DNA of 64,000 nt from Octopus vulgaris (taxonomy: Eukaryota): contig OX597818.1 in the NCBI GenBank assembly GCA_951406725.2, positions 54,436,001 to 54,500,000 on the forward strand. The letters are read 5' to 3'. Positions 42,910-55,682 of this stretch are shown here, piece after piece; the first letter of the stretch is position 1, and each line of letters starts with the position of its first letter. The position numbers were made by a program, and so were the translations under genes. Below the pieces are notes generated by a model. That model ran no database searches and was not told the origin of the DNA. It saw nothing but the letters and a program-made list of their open reading frames with translations.

Positions 42910-43282
42910 CGTGTTATCATTGCATACATACACTCATACACACACACGCACACGCAGACCTTCCCGCAGGCACATATCCACACTTACACGCACATTCCTC
43001 CTCCTCTACCATTCTCCTGTCTTTGAAAGAACCACCCTCCTGCCTTTGAAAGAACTTTTCTTCACCCATTTCCTTCCGGTCATTCAAAATGTGACAGCGT
43101 GTGTGCCGTTGGCGATTTTTTTCCTCTGTCTTCCCTTCTCTGGATCTTTCTTTCTCCTATGTTTCCGACGAAGAGCTCCGCTCGAAATGTTAAACCCTCC
43201 TTCTTTCCTGAGCGTCCAATAATACTATATTTGTTCCACGTCCTCGCGTTGTGTTTTTTTGTGCTTTCGTGTTTGGATTAAC
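39000..43282 (+). mobile_element. Penelope-like element (RT + GIY-YIG), frameshifted, with CA-rich 3' region and hammerhead-like tail
   Basis: Motifs LLSKEL, KPADKGGAVVV, YFLPKIHK, TLDIKSLYT, GVAMG..PNFANLF, RYIDD, IYCIKC and YAGQTGRRLADRFAEHL..GLN are spread over frames 39107-41293. The tail lies at 43110-43282. Confidence 0.88.
41515..42960. repeat. Degenerate (CA)n-rich low-complexity tract
   Basis: Direct reading. Confidence 0.92.
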
Positions 43283-43391
<109 letters not shown>

Positions 43392-43420
43392 GTATATATA
43401 TATATATGTATGTATGTATG

Positions 43421-43462
<42 letters not shown>

Positions 43463-43569
43463 TGTTGGCTGTGAGATAAGTAGCTTGCTTAAAACCACAC
43501 GGTTCCGGGTTCAGTCTCACTGCGTGGTAATTTACGCAAGTGTCCTCTACTATATAAATTACGCAAACA

Positions 43570-44640
43570 ATCACACACACACACACACATTCACACATAC
43601 ATAAACACTCAAAAGAAAAATAAACAATCCTTTGCGCGTGGTGATCGAACGTTTTTTTTTAAAATTATGAATGGAATAGAATGGAATAATATTTAATCAA
43701 CGTAAATATACAGAATTTACTCCAAAATCATTAATAAACCAATCATGATAATGAAACCCATATATACATATAATGATAAAACTCCCTTTAACATACACAA
43801 TAATACCTATATAGCAATCCCCATAATACATTTACACACAAAAATACACATACGTAAAACACACACCCACAACATATACTTATACCCCCTCACATATACA
43901 TATACATACGTACTAAACTCGATATATACAACAATATATTCACACCCACACCCATACAGATAAATAAATTACACAACCAAATACGCACACACACACACAT
44001 TCACACATACATAAACACTCAAAAGAAAAACAACATTTCTACACATAATACGACATATAAAATACTCCATAAGTAACCAGATTATCAGAAGTAACAAGAT
44101 TAACATAAGGAGAAATAAAATACCTACCTTCTAATCAGTTTTAATTTATGAAGTGAATTCAAACTCTAGCCGTTATAACTTTAAACAAAATTACGTTACC
44201 ATAGAAGCCGAACATATTTATAAAAATTCTTAGCTCGGTGAACGAACGTTATTTAAAATTCTGAATGGAATAGAATGGAATTATAAAATTCTTTGCGCGT
44301 GGTGAACGAACGTTATTTAAAAATTATGAATGGAATAAATGGAATAATATGTTAAACACTTAAACAGACAGAAATTACTACAAATTCTTTAATAAAACTA
44401 CCATGATAAACGAAAACTCATATATACATATAATGATAAAATCTCCCTTTACTAAACACTATAACATACCTATATAGCAATCCCCCTAATCTATACATTC
44501 ACACACAAATAAACACACGTAAAACACACACCCACTACATATACATATACCCACTCCACTCACACATACATATACATACGTACAAACCTCGATATATACA
44601 CCAAAATATTCACTCCCACACCCATACAGATAAATAAATA
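43570..44640. repeat. Diverged local direct duplications (~400 bp; ~50 bp motif three times)
   Basis: 43626-43970 resembles 44286-44640; the ctttgcgcgtggtga[t/a]cgaacg..aaaattatgaatggaata motif occurs at ~43630, ~44228 and ~44290. Confidence 0.7.
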
Positions 44641-45097
44641 TAAATATCCTTAAAAAATGGGTGCAATCTCACGCACATCAATCATGCATGTATACAAGTG
44701 CATACACAAGCACACACTTTTACATAACAATCATGCACTTATACACGCGCACACATGCACACACACCCATGCACATGCATATTCACGGACACTCTCCTAG
44801 ACATCTAAATATACGTATAAATGGCTACAAAACAATACCCAATAAAAAACTACCATGTTTTTTGTTTTTTGTCTTTTTGTTTTTTGTTTTTTGTTTCTTG
44901 TACATCTTTAAATATGAGAACTTTAATAATAGGTTTCTTTATATTCAATTGTTTATAGGGTTTATTTTAGATTATATATTGATTATATATAGATTATATA
45001 TAGATTATATATAGATTATATATATTTATATTTTTTCATTGATAATTTTATTATTTTAAACTTATATTTTAAAATATTGATATTTTAGATCGGAAAT

Positions 45098-45141
45098 CCA
45101 CCTGACAAATGTCATTTGAAGACATGAAACAATTGTAGTGG
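45098..45141 (+). ncRNA. Hammerhead motif, C3/A8 mismatch (probably decayed)
   Basis: ccac-CTGACAA-atgtc(atttgaa)gacat-GAAA-caattg-TA-gtgg. Confidence 0.7.
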
Positions 45142-45611
45142 CGGTTTATTTACTTTATATTAAAATTTTTATGTATTGATTAAGTCTTTCCTTGTTTGTT
45201 TTGCAAAATAGTGGTTTTGTCTCGAATTAATATTATATAATATTTTACTATAAAATTGGATTTAATCCTAAATCTGATTTTTTCCCTGTAAATTTGGATT
45301 TATTCCCTAATATTTATTATTATTATTATATATATATATACATAAACATGTATGTATATATATATAAATGTATGTGCGTGTGTGTATAGATATTTGTATG
45401 TATGCATATGTTTGTGTGTCTGTGTTAATCCCCTCACCATTACATAACAATCGATGGTGGTGTGTTTACGTCTCCGTAACTTAGCGGTTCGGCAAAAGAG
45501 GCCAATAGAATAGCTACTAGTCTTACAAAAAATAAGTGTTACGGTCGAATTGTTCGACTAAGTGCGGTGTTCCACCATGGCTGCAATCAAATGACTGAAA
45601 CAAAATATAAG

Positions 45612-45662
<51 letters not shown>

Positions 45663-45663
<1 letters not shown>

Positions 45664-45730
45664 TAGATGGACCCCGTGCCGTCAAAAATGACGGCTAATT
45701 ATCGTATTTTATATATAAATAAGGCACAAA
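45663..45730 (-). mobile_element. Helitron 3' terminus fragment
   Basis: Minus strand has the hairpin gccgtca-tttt-tgacggc, an 11 nt spacer, then CTAG followed by T. Confidence 0.65.
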
Positions 45731-45736
45731 AACAAG

Positions 45737-45770
<34 letters not shown>

Positions 45771-45890
45771 AAAAGCAATAAAGATTCAAGTTAATTTAAA
45801 TGAATTTACTTGAATATGGTACCTAACTTAGATGCACCAAAAAAAAAACTATACTGTTTTAACAATACAGTAATGTGGGGTGATTATAAG

Positions 45891-47248
45891 CGAGAAAGAA
45901 GCAACAAGAATGGATAGGTTTTTAGTACAATCGTTTCATACAAGGACAGGCTTTATTAAAAGTTGCAAAAATTACAGCATATAAACGTGTCCCGTACTCA
46001 TCAGCTAAAATACATTTGAGTTCTCTAGACATCCTATTGGTTGAGGCTATACTCATGAAGTAATGTAGATAATTAAGTAACATAAACAGATTTCCAAAGT
46101 TCATTAAAGTTCTTTAAAGATGATGTACAGTCTTATCACAGAATTTTAAAAAAGGTTTAATAGCATCACAGAGAAGGTGACCTAATCCATAGTGCACATA
46201 TGAATTTCCAGAGATATGATGAGGGATTACATACTCACAGACGACAAATTTATCCATTGTTAATCACAACGAGGTGGGTCTCAATTCCTGCTTATTAGCA
46301 TTACAGAGAGGGTGAATTAATCCTTTGTATAGATGCACAATTTCCAATGGTGTAGATGTAAATTTCCAGAGAAATGAAGAGGAATTTCATATTCACAGGC
46401 GATAAATTTATCAATGGTTGAACACAATGAGGTAGGTATCAATTCTTGTTATATGATTAGGTATTTGCCACATTACTCACATTACTGCTATTTACAAGAG
46501 GCTGTAGCTATTTAACTTTTAAAGGCTGAAGGGCTTTCTAGAGAGGCAAAGAATAGAAAAGGGAAGGGAATAGAAGAAAAGAGAGAAAATAAAGGAGGAG
46601 GGAGCAAAAAGGGGGGGAGGGGGACTAAAAGAGAAGAGAAAGGAAAAAGAGAATAGGAAGAAGAAAAAGAAAAAAGAGAAAAGAGAAAGAAATAGGGAAA
46701 GAAGGGAAAAAAGAAAAAGAAAAAAAGAGGGTTCTAGTTATACAGAAGAATTAGTAGACGGCAAGTCTGGTTTTAATTTACAGGCATCTAGGAACTAGAG
46801 GAGAATATTATTCTTTGACCAGTAAAACAGCTAATTTATTGCTGTTGAAATCAGCTATGAATTTAAAGAGAATCTAAAGAGATAACACAGTCAGGGGTTT
46901 AGGGGTCAGATGCTAAAATCAAAAGAAAATACATTAGGAAAATCTAAGTATAATCTTATCAAAAAGTCATTAAAGTTTACTTATTTAATTTATTCATTAT
47001 ATTGTCTTAAGGAGTTGCCTTTATTATTCATACATTGACGGACTACAGGTCAAATCTTAGAAGATCATTTACAAGGTGTTAGGGGATTGTCTATCATAAT
47101 GAAGATAATCATATTATCACCGAGGGAGTAGCCTTATTTGAGTACGGGACACGTTTATATGCTGTAATTTTTGCAACTTTTAATAAAGCCTGTCCTTGTA
47201 TGAAACGATTGTACTAAAAACCTATCCATTCTTGTTGCTTCTTTCTCG
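45891..47248. mobile_element. Non-autonomous Penelope-like element with inverted pseudo-LTRs
   Basis: 45891-46000 is the reverse complement of 47139-47248. The repeat contains a hammerhead motif, complete on the left and truncated on the right. The interior is a decayed ORF-like and purine-rich tract. Confidence 0.7.
45920..46010 (-). ncRNA. Type I hammerhead ribozyme with long stem II
   Basis: Minus strand reads ttttag-CTGATGA-gtacgggaca...tgtccttgtat-GAAA-cgattg-TA-ctaaaa, with a 6 bp stem I and intact core. Confidence 0.78.
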
Positions 47249-47257
47249 TATATATAT

Positions 47258-47290
<33 letters not shown>

Positions 47291-47293
47291 GAC

Positions 47294-47390
<97 letters not shown>

Positions 47391-47443
47391 TAGATATATA
47401 TATACATATATATACACAAACACATATATTATTACACATATGC

Positions 47444-47488
<45 letters not shown>

Positions 47489-47556
47489 CGTACATAATAA
47501 ATACATACATACTGTCCAGATGTTTTGCGTTCTTGTCCCATTTTGTATATATATAC

Positions 47557-47595
<39 letters not shown>

Positions 47596-47606
47596 CATTT
47601 ATATAT

Positions 47607-48080
47607 ACGGGTTGGACAAAATAATGGAAACACCGGGCATCATAGCATCATAATATTTAAATATCTATAAAACCCGTCAAAGCTTGATTATTTTTATGCT
47701 TTGTGATTTGTTATTAGTGTTGCTTAATATGTTTTAATAAAATTGCTGTTTCTTTTCAGGTATCATCAGAAAAAGGTAATTAAAATTTATTGCAATGACA
47801 GATCTCTCGGACTTTGAAACAGGTCAAAATTGTCGGTGCTCGGATGGCAGGTGCTAGTGTAACGGAAAAAGCCGAAATGTTTGGTGTATCAAGAAGTAGT
47901 GTCTCGAAAGTAAGAGGGAAAACCTCCTCCTCGAAACAAAACCCGGAAGAAAATTATAACTTCCAGATGGGCACCATTGGATTGTTCCCTGAATTTTTAG
48001 AAAGGATCACAAAAGAAAAGGTCCCAAAATTACTGCAGGACGTAAGGACCACCTCCAGAACCAAGTGATGTTCTGGGGGA
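47607..48080 (+). mobile_element. Tc1/mariner left end with transposase N-terminus (also 59165-59638 - and fragment 18045-18193 -)
   Basis: TA + gggttggacaaaataatggaaacacc TIR; MTDLSDFE..IVGARMAGASVTEKAEMFGVSRSSVSKV HTH-type N-terminus. Confidence 0.8.
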
Positions 48081-48484
48081 CTGATGTAAGTTGATACTTT
48101 AACAAAATGTACCCATACAACTTGATAATAAAAAGGACACTCCACTGAACGTCAATTTCACTGACTATGGACGTATTTCTACAAAAGTCATTCAACACAT
48201 GACAACTTCTGCGTCTTATTTATTTTATATATTGTGTGAACATTATCATGTTATTTGTAAGAGATGTTATGCTTCAAAATTACTGGTTAAAAATGAACCA
48301 ATGAAAAATGAACTACAATTAGGACGACGCCGATGACAGAAAAGTTTTCTTTGTAATTTACAAGGAAGAAATAACAAAAAGATATTTCTTACAAAACGAC
48401 ATAATTTTATTGCGAGCTTTTTGTTCAATGCGTCTAGCCTCGCAGCTCTACATTTGAACACGAATACACACACACGCACGCACG

Positions 48485-48575
<91 letters not shown>

Positions 48576-48762
48576 ATACACACACGGAGAGAAACTCAAA
48601 CAAACACACACACATACATACTTACGCTCATACCTATATACAAACCTACATACATAGTTATACATACATAGATATATACACACACATATATACATATATG
48701 TATATATATATAATAACATCAGGGTGATGAAGATTTTAATGTACACCATTTCATATATATGC

Positions 48763-48819
<57 letters not shown>

Positions 48820-48828
48820 GTGTATAGC

Positions 48829-48880
<52 letters not shown>

Positions 48881-49174
48881 GTCTGTTTCATGCTTTTAAC
48901 GATAACGTAGGAAACATTCATAAAACATAAGCAGCATCCTGAAATTTGTGGAGAGTCAGAGCTTCGAACGAACGAACGAATACAGAGTGGACGTGCAGAG
49001 TAGACAAACGATGGAGACAGACATTAAGGGTCGTTAGGCCAACACGAATTGCAATGAGCAACGCTTGAGATATGTATGTGTGTATGTGTGTGTGTGTGTG
49101 TGTGCATGTGTGTGTATGTTATATATGTACATATCTATATAAAGAGATAAGTATGAGTGTGTGTATGTGTGTGT

Positions 49175-49781
49175 GTTCAGTTTCGTTATATGACTGGACA
49201 AAAACCTAGCAATGATTTTATATCGTTTTCTCAGAAAATATTTGTGTTATTTCTTTCTTGGAAATTGCATAGACAGCTTCTTTGTCATCTCTCATTGGTT
49301 CATACGTAACCATGATTATTGAAGCATAACATATAACACAGATAATATCATATATATAGCATAGAAAATAAATAAGACACAGAAGTTGTCTTGCGTTGAG
49401 TGACTATTGTAGAATCACGCCCATCGTCAGTGAAATTGACGCTCAGCGGACTGTCTTTTTATTATCAAGTTCTATGTGGACATTTGCTTAATTATCAACT
49501 GATCTCAGCATTTGAATATTGATTAAACCCAGGAGTACGTTCATCAAACTACATCTTTTATCCTACAAATTCTTATCTTATATTAATTAATACTTTTTTG
49601 AATAATCGCATGTGTTATCCGCACCATCAGGATCAAATTAACCGCTATTTCTGAGCTGAACAAAGGGAAAAAACCGAGGTAATATATCGTTATTTTCCGT
49701 TCCTCAAATTTTGCAACAATATTTCACGGCTTAAAGTTGTACTGCTACATTTCGGCTGCTTTATAGATATTCCGCTCAACC
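49175..49781 (+). promoter_or_regulatory. Conserved ~600 bp caspase upstream region (also 6504-7110 -, 14734-15340 -, 62790-63395 +)
   Basis: Near-identical non-repetitive sequence precedes all four ATGs. It ends ...gctgctttatag|atattccgctcaaccATG, a possible splice acceptor 15 nt before the ATG. Function is inferred only. Confidence 0.45.
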
Positions 49782-50648
49782 ATGGACTACGTAGATGCAC
49801 AACGTGTTGAAGGTATATTTTTTAATGAGAGAGTTCCCGATTCACAACCTCAAGATGTTGAAATGGAGTCTGTTGCAAAAAATAGCGAATCTGTAAATAC
49901 CAGATATGACATGGATCGTAAAAAAGAAAACCTGGCTTTAATAATCAACAACGAAAGTTTCGACGAATCGACTGAAATGTCTAAACGACAAGGATCCGAC
50001 AGAGATGCATCAGCAATTAAAAAAACTTTGAAGTCATTGCATTTTGAGGTGGTCGAACGCAAGAATTTGTCAGTGAGTGATATGAGGCAAATCTTCACGG
50101 AAATATCCAAGAGGGAGCATGCGAAGTATAATTGCTTCGTTTGTGTTATATTAACTCACGGTGAAGACGATAACCAGATTTATGGCACTGATGGCAAACT
50201 AAATCTTAACGAGTTAGTGCAGATGTTGCTTCCTGATTCATGCCCAGGTTTAATAGGTAAGCCAAAACTATATTTCATACAAGCCTGTCGGGGAACGAAA
50301 CTGGACAGAGGTGTAATTATGCACGATGCTCAAGCTTTTAGAGACGAATATCAAAATGTCACACCTCTCAAAGTACCACTTTGGGCCGACGTTCTTCTGG
50401 CTTATTCCACTGTCCCTGGATTTTACTCCTGGAAGAATTCCACTAATGGATCGTGGTTTATTCAGTCGTTAGCCCACATTTTGGAAAGAGACGGAGACAA
50501 ACTTGAACTGCAACAATTAATGCTTTCAGTAAATCGTAGGGTTGCCTGTGAATATGAGTCTAATGCCAGCCATTCGTTTATGAATAGAATGAAACAAGTT
50601 CCTTCCATAGTAAGCATGTTAACAAAAGAACTACACTTTTACAAGTAA
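49782..50648 (+). CDS. Effector caspase (caspase-3/7-like, peptidase C14A) copy C, 288 aa, single-exon CDS
   Basis: Uninterrupted ORF with Kozak-like caaccATGG. Catalytic His126 (ILTHG) and Cys169 (QACRG) are present. It has p20 and p10 motifs (LIINN, KPKLYFIQAC, DVLLAYSTVPG, GSWFIQSL, KQVP) and a short prodomain with no CARD or DED. Confidence 0.96.
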   Translation: MDYVDAQRVEGIFFNERVPDSQPQDVEMESVAKNSESVNTRYDMDRKKENLALIINNESFDESTEMSKRQGSDRDASAIKKTLKSLHFEVVERKNLSVSDMRQIFTEISKREHAKYNCFVCVILTHGEDDNQIYGTDGKLNLNELVQMLLPDSCPGLIGKPKLYFIQACRGTKLDRGVIMHDAQAFRDEYQNVTPLKVPLWADVLLAYSTVPGFYSWKNSTNGSWFIQSLAHILERDGDKLELQQLMLSVNRRVACEYESNASHSFMNRMKQVPSIVSMLTKELHFYK

Positions 50649-50804
50649 AATCTTCGTTTAATATACGTTCTCCCAATCTCCCCTCAATTAATATATATAT
50701 ATATATATCAAAGCAACTTATAAGCAAGGGCAAAAAACAATTCTAATGCCAAAAATGCCTAAAAAAGACAAAATGTCAATAACCATATGTTCTATCGCAA
50801 TTAA

Positions 50805-50936
50805 TGTATGTATACATGCATGAACACATACATACATACATACATACATACATACATACATACATACATACATACATACATACATAAATGCATAAATGCA
50901 TAAATGCAAGTATACATACATACATACATACATACA

Positions 50937-50970
<34 letters not shown>

Positions 50971-50984
50971 CATGCACGCATGTA

Positions 50985-51018
<34 letters not shown>

Positions 51019-51096
51019 CATGCACGCATGTATACATACATACATACATACATACATACATACGTACATACATACATACATACATACATACATACA

Positions 51097-51130
<34 letters not shown>

Positions 51131-51190
51131 CATGCACGCATGTATACATACATACATACATACATACATACATACATACATACATACATA
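50805..51190. repeat. (TACA)n tetranucleotide tract 3' of the caspase (equivalents 5183-5405, 13481-13705; others 33963-34185)
   Basis: Direct reading; length differs between units. Confidence 0.95.
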
Positions 51191-52409
51191 AGCTTTTTCC
51201 CCGTTTTCTGTTCTGTTGTCAGAACTTGGTATTTCGTTTAATAGTAATATTTTTACGTACATCAAAATTTATTTCCTGTAATATTTGAGAGTGAGCCTTG
51301 CAGCTGGTACTTTGTAAACTTATCATTCTACTGTTGAGGATGATAACACGACTTTGCAAAGTTTCCATTATAACACATGAAATTTACTAAACTCTTCTAC
51401 TTTACTAAATCTTTGTCTTTACGAACATTTTCGCTGAAATAATTAGAATGCTGTAAAAGTATAACATTCATAATTCGGTTTATTCTTAATACTAATGGCA
51501 CACACACAAACACACACACACACACATACACACACGCGCGCGCGCACACATATATATAACCTTGATATTTCTACTTCTCCGTTTCCAGTTCTTTTCTGAG
51601 AACTTATTTTGTTTGATTGTAATATTGTTTTTATGTTCATCAAAATTTATTCAGTAACATATGACAGAGAACTGATAACATTGGTAATTTGATTTTACTT
51701 CTTAACATTAATGGCAGAAACTATTATTTCCTTGTTCAATTGTTGTCCAGTGGACTTATAATAAAATTGCATTGCAACCATGAACATCATTTTTCGCTAT
51801 TTTTATTAAGACTACATCGCTTTATACGGTCTTTCAATTCTTAACACGGTTGGCTGTTATTTCAGAGTTGTTTGAATGCTACATCGACATTTCTTCAGTT
51901 TCTCACCAGTCACCACTACTGCACTTACGTTTATAACCTGTTAACAATTTCACTTTTTTTCCGATTGATTTACCTAATTAACAACACTTTACGCCGGCTG
52001 CAAGGTAAAGAATTTTTCAACCAAATGTCGCAGGCGCAGATTGAGCAACGATTCAAGAGTCAAAGATTGCCAATAATACGATGACTAAGACTTTGTTAAA
52101 ATTGCAAGGCTGAAGAACCATTCTCAAGAACTAGCGATAAATTTAACAACAGCTGCGCAACATATCATTGCTGACTAATACAAGATTGGAAATAATGTTT
52201 CTATTTACACTGCTAAGATAATGTCCCAGGATAAATTCATGCAGAGCCATTCCTCAGTTCTTGACTGGAATCTCTTCGACCAAATTGTAACCGTGGAATG
52301 TTTCCTCTGAAATCTTGATCGATTCAAAAGTAAAAACAGAGAATACAGTGGATATACGATCTTTAGAAAAACTCGAGATAAAAGAGAATCTTTGATAGAT
52401 ATAAAGACT

Positions 52410-52650
52410 GGAGCGGGAGTGCGTGGCCAAGCGGTTAGTTAGTTGTACCCACGAGTTCAAAATCATGGTTTCGATTCTAGGACCGGGCAGTGTGTGGTGT
52501 TATTGAGAAAAACACTTCATTTCTTACTGTGTCAGTCCACTCGGTCGTAAATGAGTAAACCTGTGACGGACTTGAATCCTGTTGAGGACGAATGTTGCGA
52601 TTTCGGTTACTGAAACGCTGTGGAATTGGGTAACCCGACATGTGAATCCG
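52410..52650 (+). mobile_element. Old tRNA-derived SINE in the caspase unit (also ~3760-3992 - and ~12005-12235 -)
   Basis: gcgtggccaagcggttag A box and ggtttcgattct B-box-like motif; conserved body gttattgagaaaaacacttcatttc..gtccactcggtcgtaaatgagta. Confidence 0.65.
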
Positions 52651-53688
52651 AGGATCTCGAGACAGTAATTATTTGCACCTGCAAAAGGAAAAAGAGAAAA
52701 CATTCAAAGAAAACGCTCCAGTGCAGCGAGGTGGCCACCGACTACCCGTCAACACAAGCCAACAAAACGACTGCATTCACATACTTTTATCTGGCAACGC
52801 TCACTGTATTTATGCACCATACATCTCTCTCTCTCTCTCCTTCTTTTTTTCTTTCTCTCTCAAACACTCTCTCCGATGAAGCTATAAGGTGTTATTCCGG
52901 TACTGAACTATGACTTCATTGCATCCGATAGCAGAAACGACTGTAAGTCTCTGCAGTTCAAAAGATAATTCTTTATTCTTTTGTCATCTCATTTTCTTCT
53001 TGCAATTCTGTACTCGACGAACTCTTCGTCATGATGCAGATGTATATTGAGCTCTGCACCCGGTTATTCAGGAAATGAAAGAAGGTAAATCCACATCGGG
53101 TAACACCAAACCAAATTTCAGCTTTCCCCTTCTATCAGTGCAAAGAAGCAATTTCTTTACAAGGACGTTTAAATAAAGGAAATTCATTCATGGAAAAATA
53201 CAGAACACGTATAATATGAAAGCATAACCAACTTTAATCTCTATACATATTTCAATTCACGGTTACATACACATCACTATAAATATTTCTTCCCACTACT
53301 CAAGCTTTTGAAAGTTTGTGCATATATATATTTCCCCATCACCACCGAAAGATGAACAAATATCTCCCCTGTCCACAATATTAATAATTACCTCCCCGTA
53401 CATTTTTCTACTTCTTGAATCATTCATAAATTCCACACACATGGACAAAAAAAATTTTCTGAAGAGTATAAGTATCTAAATAAGTTTTAATGTCATGATT
53501 AGCGAAAGCGAAACCGGTTGACAAACACAATATAAGATATATTAAAAATTATATCAAACCTATGTGAAGTGTGGGGATTTTGCTTCTTTAATTTTTTGTT
53601 TATATTACAACTCACCACGTAGGGATAATGGAAATTCCTCGTTTCTTCTTCTTATACATGTATATATATGTATGTATATGTATGTATG

Positions 53689-53736
<48 letters not shown>

Positions 53737-53935
53737 TATACATGTATATGTATGTATATATATTTATGTATATACGTATATATATATATTGCAAATAAGA
53801 AAATAGAGAAGCACAATAGTTGGTTCATCAACTTTAGGACATTAAAATGTTAATTATTTATTAAATGATAATTATAGTAACATACATATAGCATATTATT
53901 CTATGCATATAAAATAGGAATACCAGCAATACATA

Positions 53936-54009
<74 letters not shown>

Positions 54010-54579
54010 TAAATATTTGTTGTGCAAGATTGTTTATGTGAAGTCGTGTGTTGAAACAGATATTGTTATATTTCGGAATGGTCATATTACCAGTTTAGCC
54101 AATAAAAACACACGCACTATATATTTGGTGTTATTTTGCTTCAGTGATATTTATTTTTTACATTAATCTTAATCTTATTTCGGCCAGAGTTCTTTCGTCA
54201 CACTCCTGTGACCGCATCAGTGGTCCTTTGTTTTCTTCTTTCGTATTTATGTCTCTCCTTACTAACCGTCAGCCATTTTGTGTTTCTATTGTATGTCTTC
54301 ATTTGCGCATGCTTATATCTCTATGTGCGTCTATGTTTATTTAGTGTGTGTGTGGGGGGATGCCTGTAATATTTGTATCTTCTGTTTATATACATTCATG
54401 TAATTTGTATTTTGTTTTTGTTGTTGTTGCTTTTGTTCTAATTTTGTTCATGTGTTTACATCCACCCATTATTATCATTACATATGCTTGTATGTATGTA
54501 TAACAACAATATTAGTAATAATAAAAATAAATCTAATCGAAAAAAAAAAATATATATATATATACATATATATACACAT

Positions 54580-54644
<65 letters not shown>

Positions 54645-55215
54645 TACATACATATACATACACATATACATAGATATATATACATATATATAGTTATTCA
54701 TTTCTATTTGTTTATTTATTTGTGTATTTATTATGTTTTCAGGATCGTCTCTCGTCATATGTTGTGGTGTGTGCTATTGGTCCATTCTAGTTTTCTATTC
54801 AGGCTAGGTTTATTTTCTATTATATGTGTAGCTTCTGTAATTTGTCTAATTGTTGCATCTGTTCTATGTGTGAACAATATCTTAATCTCTATGTTATTGA
54901 TTGATACCCCGTGTTCCTGTTCGGCGTGTTGGTACAGAATCGATGAGCTTTTACCTTCCTTGAGTTGTCTCCAATATCCATTCACCCGCTCTCCTATGCT
55001 TCTTGCCGTTTCCCCTACGTATGTTATTGTCTTGTTACTGCATCGTCCCTCTATACATCTTATACTATAGACTACATTTCTGGCTTTACAGTTTGTTTGT
55101 GGGCTAAATCTACATACAGTGCAATAGTTATCCGTACAGGGGGTTCTACTAAAAGGATAGGTTCTACCAATTATAGATTTGATACGGATAACTATTGCAC
55201 TGTATGTAGATTTAG
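54010..55215 (-). mobile_element. Penelope-like GIY-YIG 3' part, mirror copy
   Basis: Reverse complement of 9271-10440; ORF 54755-54985. Confidence 0.85.
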
Positions 55216-55574
55216 AAAATGACGTAATCTGCTATCAGTGTTGTAACTGTTAAGAGAAAGAAAATGAAGTAGTGAGACTTTTTATAGACGTACCTGAAGA
55301 GACATTGAACAGGTCGAAACATGTATTGTACCCAATATAGTCTATTACACATTCCATATATTTTATTAATAATATATTTATATATAAAGTTAATCCAAGC
55401 AAGAAAGCACAAAAAAACACAACAACTAAGGACGTGGAACAAATATAGTATTATTGGAGGCTCAGGAAAGAAGGAAAGAAGGAGGCTTTAACGTTTCGAG
55501 CGGAGTTCTTTGTCTGAAACATAGGAGAAGGAAAGATCCAAAGAAGGGAAGACAGAGGGAAAAAATCGCCCATT

Positions 55575-55627
<53 letters not shown>

Positions 55628-55643
55628 GTATGTATGTATGTAT

Positions 55644-55682
<39 letters not shown>

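Larger units (their letters stand above)
43465..45612 (+). mobile_element. Decayed SINE split into head (43465-43552) and tail (45410-45612) by later insertions
   Basis: Both halves align to the 21724-22130 SINE. Confidence 0.65.

Noticed and set aside
49850-50110. Antisense ORFs over caspases (also 5917-6105 and 63401-63712) and over LINE ORFs
   Set aside because: Shadow frames with no motifs and no consistent boundaries between copies.
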